Part shown: positions 33,046 through 42,889 of the stretch, one piece after another
Layout of the letters: the number at the start of each line of letters is the position of its first letter
Position numbering within the stretch: position 1 is the first letter of the stretch
IMG/VR virus record: IMGVR_UViG_3300042934_000351
Location: 1-55,435 of that record
Source: a virus
Taxonomy: Duplodnaviria; Caudoviricetes
Strand: one strand, 5' to 3'
Length of the DNA: 55,435 nt
Position numbers and translations under genes: made by a program
The notes under the pieces: model-generated
The model's database searches: none
Seen by the model: only the letters and a program-made list of their open reading frames with translations
Told to the model about the DNA's origin: nothing

Positions 33046-34791
33046 GTGGCCACCTGGGATCATAGAGCAGGGACTGGGAGTAGTGCGTATCAGCTCTACC
33101 TCACTGTCCAAGAGGATGCGTTCGACGAGACGACACCTCTGACGCGTACGCGGCTCGATGGTCAGATCGGCATCATCAAGGTCGCAAGCTCTGGAGGCAT
33201 TGGCTCCAGTGACGGCGCGGTCGAGTGGGAGATTCGCATTGGATCGGGCGTCTGGTCCGGCACAGCTGCGTTCTCTATCGCGGCTGGGGCAGCAATCGGA
33301 ACCCGTGTTCAGCTCGGGAGCTTCAACGACGCGTGGTTCGACCACGCGGGCGATAGCACAGGCACCCTCGTCCTCTCGACGATGGGCAAGGCGACGTTCG
33401 CGAACTCGATCGGCTCTCCGCAGATCGGTCCCGGCAACATCGCCTACACGTCGCTGGCTCGACCCGCTGACGCTGCTCCAACACCGGAGTTCGTGTCTCG
33501 TCAAAGTGACACTGCTGTTACGCTCAGAGCGTACAACAGCGGTGACTGGGGTGTCGGCACCGATGCTCCGGCGCACAACCTCGACATTGATGACTCCAGC
33601 AACTTTGCCAGCATTCTGGAAGTGCTCCCGTACCCGACGACTGGCGGGCTCGCGGCTCACACGATCAACCTGCTGAGCCAGACCGCTCACAAGACTTACT
33701 ACTACCGTTCCGCCAACCGAGGGCGTAACGGTGTCTGGTACTACTCAGGCACGCTGACAGTCCATGCCCGACCGAACAAGCCGCCTACACCAACTGTCGG
33801 TTCGAAAACTGCAACCACGGTCAATCTTACGACCGCAAACCCCTCGTACACCGGCGCTGGCATCACTGCGCGCGAGACGCAACTGCTCGCCAGCAACGGA
33901 ACAACGGTTCTCCAGACGAGCACGCACCTGACGGCTCCGAGCTTCACAGGCATGTCGAGGACGACGGCGTACAAGGCGAAGACGCGTGTCCAGAACGCTG
34001 TAGGCTGGAGTGACTGGAGCGACCTCACCAGCTTCACGACGACCGGCACTCCACCCTCTGCTCCGACAGGCTACTCCGTCTATGACCTCGCGGCAACGTC
34101 GTGGAAGGTCACGACAGGCTCGCTGTCTGACAATGGCGGCGCTGTCCCGACGCAGGTTCGACTCAAGGTCAGCACGACCGCGAGTGACGCGGGGCTCGTT
34201 CAGACCATCACGCAGGCAAGCTGGAACCCAATCCGGGTCAGCGGTCGCACCGAGAACACCACGTACTACGTCGCTCAGGCGGCGTTCAACACCGTGGAGG
34301 GTGGCGGCTGGGGGCCTTACGGCGCGTGGGTCGCTCTCACGACCAAAAACACTGTGCCCAACGCCCCTGCTCTGAGCATCAGCGGCATCACAGGGACGAC
34401 GGCCACTGCGACGTGGGTCGCACCGACAGACCTCAACGGTGCTGTCATCGCTGCTTACCAGCTCCGAATCTCGACCGACCCCGCTCAGACTCAGGGAATC
34501 AAGAGCTTCGCAACAGACCAGCTGAGCCAGGTCATCACAGGCCTCACAGCCGGAACAGTGTACTACGCATCGATCTGGACTGACACTGATCAGGGCCTTG
34601 GCTCGTCGTCTGCTGTTATCTCGTTCACCACGACAGGTGGCGGCGGCGCAACAAGCGGAATCTGGTACTCGGGTGCTGACGGCATCCCGAAGTTCTCCGA
34701 GGTCTGGTACTCGGGCGCTGACGGCATTCCCAAGCTCTGCGAAGTCTGGTACTCAGGTGCCGACGGCATCCCCAAGCTCTGTTCAAGTTAG
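33046..34791 (+). CDS. Minor tail protein with fibronectin type III-like repeats
   Basis: Thr-rich; repeated P..P...W...Y...A.N..GW..WS modules. Confidence 0.75.
   Translation: MATWDHRAGTGSSAYQLYLTVQEDAFDETTPLTRTRLDGQIGIIKVASSGGIGSSDGAVEWEIRIGSGVWSGTAAFSIAAGAAIGTRVQLGSFNDAWFDHAGDSTGTLVLSTMGKATFANSIGSPQIGPGNIAYTSLARPADAAPTPEFVSRQSDTAVTLRAYNSGDWGVGTDAPAHNLDIDDSSNFASILEVLPYPTTGGLAAHTINLLSQTAHKTYYYRSANRGRNGVWYYSGTLTVHARPNKPPTPTVGSKTATTVNLTTANPSYTGAGITARETQLLASNGTTVLQTSTHLTAPSFTGMSRTTAYKAKTRVQNAVGWSDWSDLTSFTTTGTPPSAPTGYSVYDLAATSWKVTTGSLSDNGGAVPTQVRLKVSTTASDAGLVQTITQASWNPIRVSGRTENTTYYVAQAAFNTVEGGGWGPYGAWVALTTKNTVPNAPALSISGITGTTATATWVAPTDLNGAVIAAYQLRISTDPAQTQGIKSFATDQLSQVITGLTAGTVYYASIWTDTDQGLGSSSAVISFTTTGGGGATSGIWYSGADGIPKFSEVWYSGADGIPKLCEVWYSGADGIPKLCSS
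34661..34781 (+). repeat. Three tandem 42-bp (14-aa) repeats, WYSGADGIPK
   Basis: Units begin at 34661, 34703 and 34745; differences are mostly synonymous. Confidence 0.9.
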
Positions 34792-34801
34792 GAAGGAAAT
34801 C

Positions 34802-36571
34802 ATGTCACGTCTGCCTATGCCATTCAGCAATCCGCACACCTACGACGGCCATTCCGGTGTCGACTTCCCTGTTCCCAAGGGCACGATCTTCCGTGCATCG
34901 GGTCACGGGCAGGTCAAGACCCGGAGCCGGAACGCTCGTGGTGGCTTCTACATCTGGGTGCAGTACGACACCGGCGCACTCGTCGGCTACCACCACATGA
35001 ACAGCCACAATGGCTGCCCGAACGTCGGCGACTGGGTCAACGAGTCCAGCCAGCTGGGCTTCGTCGGCGACCTCGGCGAGCGTGTCACCGGCCCGCACCT
35101 GCACTCGGAGGTTGCCGGTCACGCCACGACGGCTGGTTACTGGAAGTTCTTCGACCCGTCGCGCGTCATCGGTGGCGGCACCGGCTCCAGCATGTGGTCG
35201 GACACCGACAAGCAGAACTTCCTGGTCTCGCTCGGCTACGACACCGGTGGCGTGGGCAACGGCTGGGGTCCGATGTCGGACGCCGCGACGCGCTCCTTCC
35301 AGAGCTCCGTCCAGCTTCCGAGCGACGGCGTCTTCGGTCCGAACACGACCTCGGTCGCTGTGGAGATCAAGGCGGGTCGCAAGCTCGACTCGGTCACGCG
35401 CTCCGTCGAAGAGATCCAGAAGCGGATCAACGCCAAGGTCGACGGCGCGTGGGGCAATGAGACCTCTTGGAAGACGTACATCGCGCAGCTGGCCAACGGT
35501 CTCGACCCGGACGCCATCTACGGTCCGGCGACCGACTCCAAGCTGTTCCTCTCGTCCACCCCTGCTCCCGGCACGCCCGCGTTCCCGCTGCAGGCGCACC
35601 AGTACTTCGGACCTGAGCAGGGTGGCGACGACTCCATCTCCGGCTGGTACTCGTTCAACGCCGAGCTCAAGCAGTGGCAGGCGCAGATGATCGCCAAGGG
35701 CTTCGACCTCGGTCCGGACGGTGCGGACGGCTACTACGGTCCCAAGGGTTCGAACTCGACCGACACCTACACGGGTCGCGCGGCGAAGACCCTGCAGACC
35801 ACCACCGGTCTGGCAGCAGACGGCAAGATCGGGCCGCTCACGTGGGCCAAGGCGTGGACGGACATCGTGCCGCCCGTCGTCAAGCCGGACCCGACCCCGC
35901 CCAGCGGTGACGAGGCCTCTGCCACGCCTGCTCTGGTCGAGCCGACCTTCGAGCACTTCCCCTCGTGGATTCGCTACGAAGAGAAGTTCGACCAGCAGTT
36001 CCTCTCGGCGTCGGCCTGGAACCTCAACCTCCAGAACTACTACAAGGTGCCGTACAACCCGATCGAGGGTCACCTGCACTGGTGGGGTCTGCCGGGTCAG
36101 GCGGGCTCGCACGACGGCAACGTGGACTACCTCAACCGGACTCCGGACGTGGGAGCCAACTTCGTCGGGTCGGCGGGGCGCATCACGAAGACGATGCCTC
36201 TCACCAAGATCGCTCTCACGACCGGTCAGCGCAACCCGTACGCCTGGAAGTGTGAGACCGACCCGCTCATCACGACGAGCGTGTCGAACCACGGCTACAA
36301 GACCATCGGCTTCCTGGTGTACATCATCGAGCACCTGAACCCGTCTCTCCGCGCTGAGGCTCTCCGACTCCACAAGGAGTTCTACGCGACCTCTTGCTCG
36401 GAAATCAAGGTGGACATGGTCCGGCAGTATGCTGAGATGTTCCACTCCGGTGCTCTCGACCCTGCAACGGGTGAGCCGCCTGTGGTGGAGCCTCCGGTCG
36501 ACGACACGGTGCTGATGTCGCGAGCCGACTACGACGAGCTTGTTTCGATCCTGGACAAGTACGGGAACTAA
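34802..36571 (+). CDS. Endolysin: M23 peptidase, peptidoglycan-binding repeats, amidase-2-like domain
   Basis: HSGVD and GPHLH (M23). DGVFGPNT, DGAWG, DAIYGPAT, DGYYGP, DGKIGPLTW (PG-binding). HLHWW...E...HKEFYATSC (amidase). GGAAGGA RBS. Confidence 0.9.
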   Translation: MSRLPMPFSNPHTYDGHSGVDFPVPKGTIFRASGHGQVKTRSRNARGGFYIWVQYDTGALVGYHHMNSHNGCPNVGDWVNESSQLGFVGDLGERVTGPHLHSEVAGHATTAGYWKFFDPSRVIGGGTGSSMWSDTDKQNFLVSLGYDTGGVGNGWGPMSDAATRSFQSSVQLPSDGVFGPNTTSVAVEIKAGRKLDSVTRSVEEIQKRINAKVDGAWGNETSWKTYIAQLANGLDPDAIYGPATDSKLFLSSTPAPGTPAFPLQAHQYFGPEQGGDDSISGWYSFNAELKQWQAQMIAKGFDLGPDGADGYYGPKGSNSTDTYTGRAAKTLQTTTGLAADGKIGPLTWAKAWTDIVPPVVKPDPTPPSGDEASATPALVEPTFEHFPSWIRYEEKFDQQFLSASAWNLNLQNYYKVPYNPIEGHLHWWGLPGQAGSHDGNVDYLNRTPDVGANFVGSAGRITKTMPLTKIALTTGQRNPYAWKCETDPLITTSVSNHGYKTIGFLVYIIEHLNPSLRAEALRLHKEFYATSCSEIKVDMVRQYAEMFHSGALDPATGEPPVVEPPVDDTVLMSRADYDELVSILDKYGN

Positions 36572-36587
36572 TTACCGGAGAGTAGGC

Positions 36588-36908
36588 ATGACTGATGTGA
36601 ACGAAGACACTACAACCCTCGCCATCCTCGCGACCAAGATGGACCACATGGCCAAGGACATGTCAGACATCAAGTCGTCACTGGCAACGAGCACTACTGT
36701 TCACGTCACACGTGCAGAGTGGGAGCTCCGCAACCAGAACACCGACGAACGCTTCGTCAACGCAGCGGCGGATCGGAAGAATCTTTGGGACGAGTTCCGC
36801 CGTCTCGAAGCTCGCCGAGCGCCGTGGTGGACGATCCTAGCCGCCATCGGTAGTGCCGTAGCCATTGGAGCTCTCCTGCTCCAGTGGGTCCCCAATATCG
36901 TCAACTAA
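36588..36908 (+). CDS. Lysis-cassette membrane protein (coiled coil plus C-terminal TM helix)
   Basis: WWTILAAIGSAVAIGALLLQW; follows the endolysin gene. Confidence 0.7.
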   Translation: MTDVNEDTTTLAILATKMDHMAKDMSDIKSSLATSTTVHVTRAEWELRNQNTDERFVNAAADRKNLWDEFRRLEARRAPWWTILAAIGSAVAIGALLLQWVPNIVN

Positions 36909-36917
36909 GGAGAAGAC

Positions 36918-37205
36918 ATGACGAACACCACCCCGCCCGCGTTGACGCCCAACGTCCGCATCGAAGACCCGAAGGCCCGCAAGGTCATCGGCAACACGAT
37001 CGGATGGGCAGGTGTCGCGATCACGGCGGCGACCATCGTCGACGCAGCAGTTCCCGCGATCGACATCACCGCGATCACGGTCCCTGCGACGCAGATCGTC
37101 CTGGGCTTCCTGGCCTTGTTCCAGACCCTCATCACGTCGCCCAACGTCCCGACGTACCAGGCACCGACACAGGTTCCGCTCGGCGGAGAGCCCAGCGGAC
37201 TCTAA
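36918..37205 (+). CDS. Putative holin
   Basis: 95 aa, two hydrophobic helices, AAGGAG RBS. Confidence 0.7.
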   Translation: MTNTTPPALTPNVRIEDPKARKVIGNTIGWAGVAITAATIVDAAVPAIDITAITVPATQIVLGFLALFQTLITSPNVPTYQAPTQVPLGGEPSGL

Positions 37206-37291
37206 GGAGATCGTGCACGAAAGGAGGCATGCGCCTCCGGGCGCGTATCTAAGCCAAGCATAGCACGGCCCGCCCCGCGCCAGCGGAAACG

Positions 37292-37300
37292 CGGTATAAT
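37292..37300 (+). promoter_or_regulatory. Promoter -10 CGGTATAAT
   Basis: Intergenic, 21 nt before ATG 37322; same 9-mer at 51180-51188 on the minus strand. Confidence 0.7.
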
Positions 37301-37321
37301 TCGCATAGAAAGGAGAGGGCG

Positions 37322-38620
37322 ATGGCTTTCTGGGATGACATGATCCGCAACATCTTCGGCGGCGGAGAGAAGCAGTCGGCTCCAAAGCCGTCGCCCTCTC
37401 CGGCGAAGGCTCAGGCCCGGCCTCGTCAGAACTACCAGCATGCTCAGCGGGCACAGCCTGTTCGTCAGCAGCAGCCCGTCCAGCAGCAGCCCGTCCAGCA
37501 GCAGTTCAGCGGTGGTGGAGGAGGCGGCGGTGGCACGAGGGGGATGAGTCGTGCAGCCGCTCCGATTCGGCAGGAGCAAGAGCCGTCGCCTCTCGACCAG
37601 ATGGTCAGCACTTCTCGCAACGTGCGGAACGACTTCGGCAAGGGTTGGGAAGACTTCTGGGGCGGTGTCGGTGAGGTGCTCAACGGTCCCGCCGACAAGC
37701 GCCCCACTCCTGCTCCTGGAGACGCACCCACGCCGCACGAGGCCTGGCTGCAGGGTGGTGCACCCAGTCCCTTCGGCGGAGTGTCGACCGTAGCCCCTGA
37801 GCAGGCTGAAGAGCTCGTTCGCAAGACGGATCGCGAGCAGTACCAGACGTCTCTCGGTAGCCAGAACTTCACCGGAACGTCTCGGCAGATCAGCCCGGAA
37901 GAGTGGGCGACGTACTCCCCTGAGAAGCAGCAGGGCATCATCGCCAACTACGCGCTGTACCAGGCGGTTCAGGCTGACCGCGCTCTGGAACAGCGTGTGG
38001 CCGACGTGGACGAGGAAGAGAGCGCAGGCTACCTCGACCTCGTCGATTCGATCTTCGGTGCGGAGGGTGGGAGCGACACCTATGCTCCCAACACCATCCG
38101 CGTGCTGGAACAGCTCGGCTACCAGGACAACACCGTGGGTGACCTCGACCTGTTCCTCAACGGCGGCGCGATCTCGACTTCCGCTGACCTGGACTACGGC
38201 AAGAACGAAGCACGCGCTTCAGTGTTCGAGCAGCTGTCGAAGGCTCCGGCGTTCACCGAGAACGAAGACTACCGCGCTCAGCTCGACAAGGGTGCTGCGA
38301 TCCTGGAGGCGCTCCGTGACAGCGGAACGTTCTCCATAGAGGTAGCGACCCTTGGTGGCGTGCCGCTCACCGCCGCAGAGCAGATTCCCGAAGAGCGGCG
38401 TGCCCCTCTCGATGACATCCTCCGAGGGATGGCAGATCAGGGTGTCTGGGACACGATCACGAACGACGCCGCCCGCAATGAGGAGTTCACGCAGATCCTC
38501 AACCAAGCGACGACCGGTCTCGACCCGACGATCGTCTCGAACTACTTCAAGGAGCAGTACGGCACTCTGCAGGGTGCCATGCCGTTCGAACAATTCTCGC
38601 AGTACTGGCTGAAAGGCTAA
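37322..38620 (+). CDS. Probable internal virion (ejection) protein, 432 aa
   Basis: Q/G/P-rich disordered N-terminus, no Cys, located in the structural arm. Confidence 0.6.
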   Translation: MAFWDDMIRNIFGGGEKQSAPKPSPSPAKAQARPRQNYQHAQRAQPVRQQQPVQQQPVQQQFSGGGGGGGGTRGMSRAAAPIRQEQEPSPLDQMVSTSRNVRNDFGKGWEDFWGGVGEVLNGPADKRPTPAPGDAPTPHEAWLQGGAPSPFGGVSTVAPEQAEELVRKTDREQYQTSLGSQNFTGTSRQISPEEWATYSPEKQQGIIANYALYQAVQADRALEQRVADVDEEESAGYLDLVDSIFGAEGGSDTYAPNTIRVLEQLGYQDNTVGDLDLFLNGGAISTSADLDYGKNEARASVFEQLSKAPAFTENEDYRAQLDKGAAILEALRDSGTFSIEVATLGGVPLTAAEQIPEERRAPLDDILRGMADQGVWDTITNDAARNEEFTQILNQATTGLDPTIVSNYFKEQYGTLQGAMPFEQFSQYWLKG

Positions 38621-38624
38621 GAAC

Positions 38625-39674
38625 ATGGGCTACATGGGAGTCGCGATTCCTGACGGCGGTGTGGGCATGTCCCAGGCCGAGCGCATCCGCTTCATCAACC
38701 AGGCAAAGGCTCGCCAGGCGGCACTGAACGCGCCGCCTGCACCGCCGCCGTTGGTCAATCCGGGTGGCGGACTCAACGCTCCGCCGCGGGTCCGAAGCGT
38801 CCCTCAGCAGACCGGTCCGTCCGCAGCAGACATCGCCGCCGCGAATGCTGCTGCTGAGACTGCCAAGGCCAAGAAGGCTGGCAAGGACCAGACGGCCAAG
38901 GAGAACGCCGCGACGCAGTCGATCATCGACACCCTGCTCAAGACCCTCGGCGGGTACGCACAGGGCCGCGACACGGCCAACGCCAACGCTCAGACCACGC
39001 TGGACACGACGCTCGAAGGCATCCTCGCCAACTACCAGGCGGCTCTCACCGACTACGAGGCGTCGGCGGCGACCAACACGCAGGACGAGAGCAGCAAGAG
39101 CGCGGCCAACGTCGTGAACCGTGCCCGTGAGCGCATGGGCAACCTTGCCCAGGTGCTCAGCCAGGGCGGCGGCGAGACCGACGCTCTGCGCGCTCTGCTC
39201 ACCGTGTTCCAGAACTACGACGCGAATCAGCTGGACGTGACGCGCTCGTTCTTCGACACAGAGCGTGGCATCAACAGCCAGATCGCTGGTGCCAACAGCC
39301 AGGCGGCGACCAACCGTCAGTCGGCCTGGCAGCAGTACCAGGAGGCACGAGGCCAGGCGGAGAACGACTACCGGAAGAACTACATGGACGTGTGGACGAA
39401 CGCTCAGCGAACGGGCGCTCAGAACACGAACGTCGAGAGCGACTACTCGACGGGCTTCACTGCCAACTACGGCGGCAAGAACCCCGAAGAGGAAGCCGCA
39501 CGCTACGCGGGCCAGCAGTACACGCAGGAGGACAAGGACGAGAAGTGGTACCGCGAGTTCGAAGGCAAGAAGGAGGGTAAGACCTCCACCGTCACGTCGA
39601 CGAACCGAGCGGGCTCCGCGACCATCAAGGCCCCCAAGGCAGCTGAGGGCGCGACGCTGAGGAACAAGAGCTAA
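38625..39674 (+). CDS. Probable internal virion (ejection) protein, 349 aa, helical
   Basis: A/N/Q/T-rich long helices, no Cys. Confidence 0.6.
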   Translation: MGYMGVAIPDGGVGMSQAERIRFINQAKARQAALNAPPAPPPLVNPGGGLNAPPRVRSVPQQTGPSAADIAAANAAAETAKAKKAGKDQTAKENAATQSIIDTLLKTLGGYAQGRDTANANAQTTLDTTLEGILANYQAALTDYEASAATNTQDESSKSAANVVNRARERMGNLAQVLSQGGGETDALRALLTVFQNYDANQLDVTRSFFDTERGINSQIAGANSQAATNRQSAWQQYQEARGQAENDYRKNYMDVWTNAQRTGAQNTNVESDYSTGFTANYGGKNPEEEAARYAGQQYTQEDKDEKWYREFEGKKEGKTSTVTSTNRAGSATIKAPKAAEGATLRNKS

Positions 39675-40471
39675 TGGCCAACTCCGAACTCGCCACCACG
39701 CTCGATGACGCTGTCGCCGAGGTCCTCGGCTCGCTCACCGGCCTGGACCTGTCCTGGGTGCCGGAGCTCGACAAGTACCAAGCGGTGACTCGCGCTCTGA
39801 ACAAGGCTCTCCGCCTCAATGCCACCGAGCTCAACTGGTCGTTCTATGCATCGGTCGAAGACGTGGGTCCTGCGCGTGCGGGCGAGCGCCTGGTCGTGCT
39901 CCGCAACTCTGTCCGGCCCCGTATCATCAAGGACGACGCTGTGCGCCTGGTGAACACTGAGGGCCGTGCTCTGGTGTGGGCGTACTTCCTGCCGCGCGAC
40001 TCGCTCCACAAGTACCCCGTTCAGCAGGGCCTGTGGTGCTCGGTGACCGGGCAGAACCTGGAGTTCTCGCGACCGTTTCACAACGGCGAAGAGGGGCTCA
40101 ACATCCAGATTCCCGTCATGCGGGAGCCGACCATGTTCCGTCTGCCGAAGCAGCCCGAAGACGTGAACGAGCCGCTGGTCGAGGTTCCTGCCGACGTGCG
40201 CGAGCAGCTGGTCGACTTCAACTACCCCGACCTGATCATCGCCCGTGCCTCGTACCTGTACGCGCAGACGAACCCGCTGTGGCAGCCTCGCGTGCAGACG
40301 CTGGAGGCCAACTACAAGGACCTGTTCTACTCTCTCAAGGAGCGGGACGAGGCGAACACCGACACGCCGTACCAGAACGAGTGGAACATCGGCATCGAGT
40401 CAGATATCACGTCCACCCAGATGTACACCGGTCGGCCCATGGCTGATCCCTTCCAGACACGAATGTTCTAA
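39674..40471 (+). CDS. Probable head-tail adaptor (tail tubular A-like)
   Basis: Size, ELNWSFY segment and position before an ~800-aa beta-rich gene. Synteny inference. Confidence 0.5.
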   Translation: MANSELATTLDDAVAEVLGSLTGLDLSWVPELDKYQAVTRALNKALRLNATELNWSFYASVEDVGPARAGERLVVLRNSVRPRIIKDDAVRLVNTEGRALVWAYFLPRDSLHKYPVQQGLWCSVTGQNLEFSRPFHNGEEGLNIQIPVMREPTMFRLPKQPEDVNEPLVEVPADVREQLVDFNYPDLIIARASYLYAQTNPLWQPRVQTLEANYKDLFYSLKERDEANTDTPYQNEWNIGIESDITSTQMYTGRPMADPFQTRMF

Positions 40472-42882
40472 TGGCTAAGCAGACCATCCAGGCACCGATC
40501 GACAAGCCGCTCGCGCGGTCTTACCTTCGCGAGTTCTCTGGCTGGTCTACGGCGTACCCGCCAGGCATGAGCGACCCGACCTCACTGCGGACGATGGAGA
40601 ACATCTACGTCACGCGTGAGGGCGCAGCACGCATTCGTCCTGGCACCCGCTCAGTCTTCACTGCCAACTGGTGGCTGGGTAACACCGGTGAGAACATCGT
40701 CGGGTCGTTCGAACACTTCGTCTATGACGCTACTGGACGTGTCGCTCTGCTGTTCGCCGTGCGTGGGACCAGCGGCACCGTCTCGTTCCGAGTGGTCGTG
40801 TACAACGAAGCGACCAACCGTTACGACGACCAGCCGGGTGTCTTCAACCCGATGACCTTCGGTGCAGACACAACCTTCGTCAAGTACCTCCAGATCGACA
40901 ACAAGATTCTCGCGCTGTCCGACGACCCCGACGAGGGCGCGATCCTGTTCTTCGTGGGCGAGACGAAGAGCGCGAAGAAGGTCAGCGTCAGCGGGCTCAC
41001 GCACACGATCGGCGTGCAGAATCCTACGGTTGTTCACCCGGACGCGGCCTGGATCAACACTGCAACGAAGATCACTCGCCCTGCGGGAGAGACTCCCACA
41101 ACAGGCGTAAACGGAACGCTGATCAGCAGCACTGCGGCAGACAACACTCACTCCTTCGGGTTCTTCGTGACCTACGAGACAGAGTTTGGCGAGAGCATGG
41201 CGACAGAGGTGATCGTCGTCAAGGCTCAGCGTGGCTGGAGCCAGTGGAAGTTCAACGTGCCGGATGCGTCCGGCAACTCGACGACGACCATCGCCACTGA
41301 CCCCGAGCGCGCGATGGACCAGCTAGTCATCCTTCTGAACACGTCGCGCTATGCTGCTCTCAAGGCAGTCGGCATGATCAAGTGGAACGCGTACATGTTC
41401 GCGTGGAACGACACGTCGCCCGTGCCGTCTGTCGCAACGCTCGTTGCAACTCGTGACATCACGACTGCTGGAACAGAAGCCACAGAGAGCTGGGCCATCT
41501 GTACTGCTGCTCCGCCGTCCGAGTCGTACATCGTCCCGACGCCGAATGACGACAACAGGGCCAACTACTCTGGTGCACCGCGCAACCGTAACGGTATCGC
41601 GGCTGGCGACCGGCTCATCCTCGTCAACGACGGAGAGAACCAGGCGCGCATCAACTGGTCCTCGAACATTCCTGGCGAGTACACGAACTTCTCACCGTCC
41701 AAGGGCGGTGGACGAAAGACTCTGAGCTCGGGCAACCTCCTGGTGCCCATCAACGTCCAGCTGTGGCAGAACCCACAGTCAGTCGATACCCTGTCAATTC
41801 TATGTAAGGGGCTCAATGGCCAGCACGCTGCCTACTACATGGCACCCGCTTCTGTCAGCGGTCAAAGCGACTCGACCGTCATCATGGGTTTCGAAGAGAC
41901 GACGGCGACCCCAGGCACGGTCTCGCCGTACGGCGTAGAGGTTCTCAATAACGCCCTTTACCACCCGCTCGGCGCTGAGCTCATGAAGAGCACTGCTCAG
42001 AACTACAACATCAGCCATAAGACGATGACGACAGACATCGCCAACAAGTGGCAGGCTCTCGCGCTCAAGGACAACATCATCTCGTCGCAGTTCGATGGGC
42101 GGCTATACTACATCGTGAACAACCCTGACGGTGAGCCGCTCGAAGACGACTGTATGGGCAACGAGGTCTGGGTGCTGGACGTAGCAGGCGACGCTCCCGT
42201 GTGGAGTCGCTGGCTGGTGCAGGGCATCTCTCTCAAGAAGCTGCAGATCGGTGACAAGCTCTATATGGCGATCATCCGCCCTGACGCGATCTTCATCTTC
42301 GATGAGATGAGCTACCAGGATGAGTACGCCGTCGGTGCAGGCACTGAGCGGAAGAACATCTCGTGGAAGCTGGAGACCAACACCCTCGGAGCCAACCGTC
42401 AGCACGACATGTATGCTCTGCTCTATCAGGCAAACGTCCATGTTGGCGACTTCATCGGGAGCATGGAGTGGGGCATCAAGGGCGTCGATGTCAATGGCAT
42501 GACCGTTGACCTCCACAAGCGTACACACGCGCAGCAGGATGACACGGGTATCGTTCTGACGAACGGTATCGTCAGTGGTGGCGTCGACCTGGGTGATGCG
42601 ATGGATTACAGGATGGTCCAGCGCGACATGATGGAATGGACGTTCTATGCTCACTCCGTCGAGGATGTCCTGCCTGGCGGCTCTGTTCCCGAGACATGGA
42701 TGAGCTTCGGTCAGCTCGACTACGTGCAGTTCATGCTCATGCAGCAGTCCGCCAACATCGGTACCGAGCGTGGCTCTGTCGAGTCCTTCGAGTACCGTCG
42801 CAACGCGTACCGAGGTATCGAGAGCGGCACTCAGATCACCCGCAATGGCATCCCGATGCCGATGGACATGGCAAGGCCCTAG
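40471..42882 (+). CDS. Probable podovirus tail nozzle (tubular B / P22 gp10-like)
   Basis: 803 aa, beta-rich; N-terminal FSG...ENIY..REGA..RPG and later VWSRW. Confidence 0.6.
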   Translation: MAKQTIQAPIDKPLARSYLREFSGWSTAYPPGMSDPTSLRTMENIYVTREGAARIRPGTRSVFTANWWLGNTGENIVGSFEHFVYDATGRVALLFAVRGTSGTVSFRVVVYNEATNRYDDQPGVFNPMTFGADTTFVKYLQIDNKILALSDDPDEGAILFFVGETKSAKKVSVSGLTHTIGVQNPTVVHPDAAWINTATKITRPAGETPTTGVNGTLISSTAADNTHSFGFFVTYETEFGESMATEVIVVKAQRGWSQWKFNVPDASGNSTTTIATDPERAMDQLVILLNTSRYAALKAVGMIKWNAYMFAWNDTSPVPSVATLVATRDITTAGTEATESWAICTAAPPSESYIVPTPNDDNRANYSGAPRNRNGIAAGDRLILVNDGENQARINWSSNIPGEYTNFSPSKGGGRKTLSSGNLLVPINVQLWQNPQSVDTLSILCKGLNGQHAAYYMAPASVSGQSDSTVIMGFEETTATPGTVSPYGVEVLNNALYHPLGAELMKSTAQNYNISHKTMTTDIANKWQALALKDNIISSQFDGRLYYIVNNPDGEPLEDDCMGNEVWVLDVAGDAPVWSRWLVQGISLKKLQIGDKLYMAIIRPDAIFIFDEMSYQDEYAVGAGTERKNISWKLETNTLGANRQHDMYALLYQANVHVGDFIGSMEWGIKGVDVNGMTVDLHKRTHAQQDDTGIVLTNGIVSGGVDLGDAMDYRMVQRDMMEWTFYAHSVEDVLPGGSVPETWMSFGQLDYVQFMLMQQSANIGTERGSVESFEYRRNAYRGIESGTQITRNGIPMPMDMARP

Positions 42883-42889
42883 GAGAATC

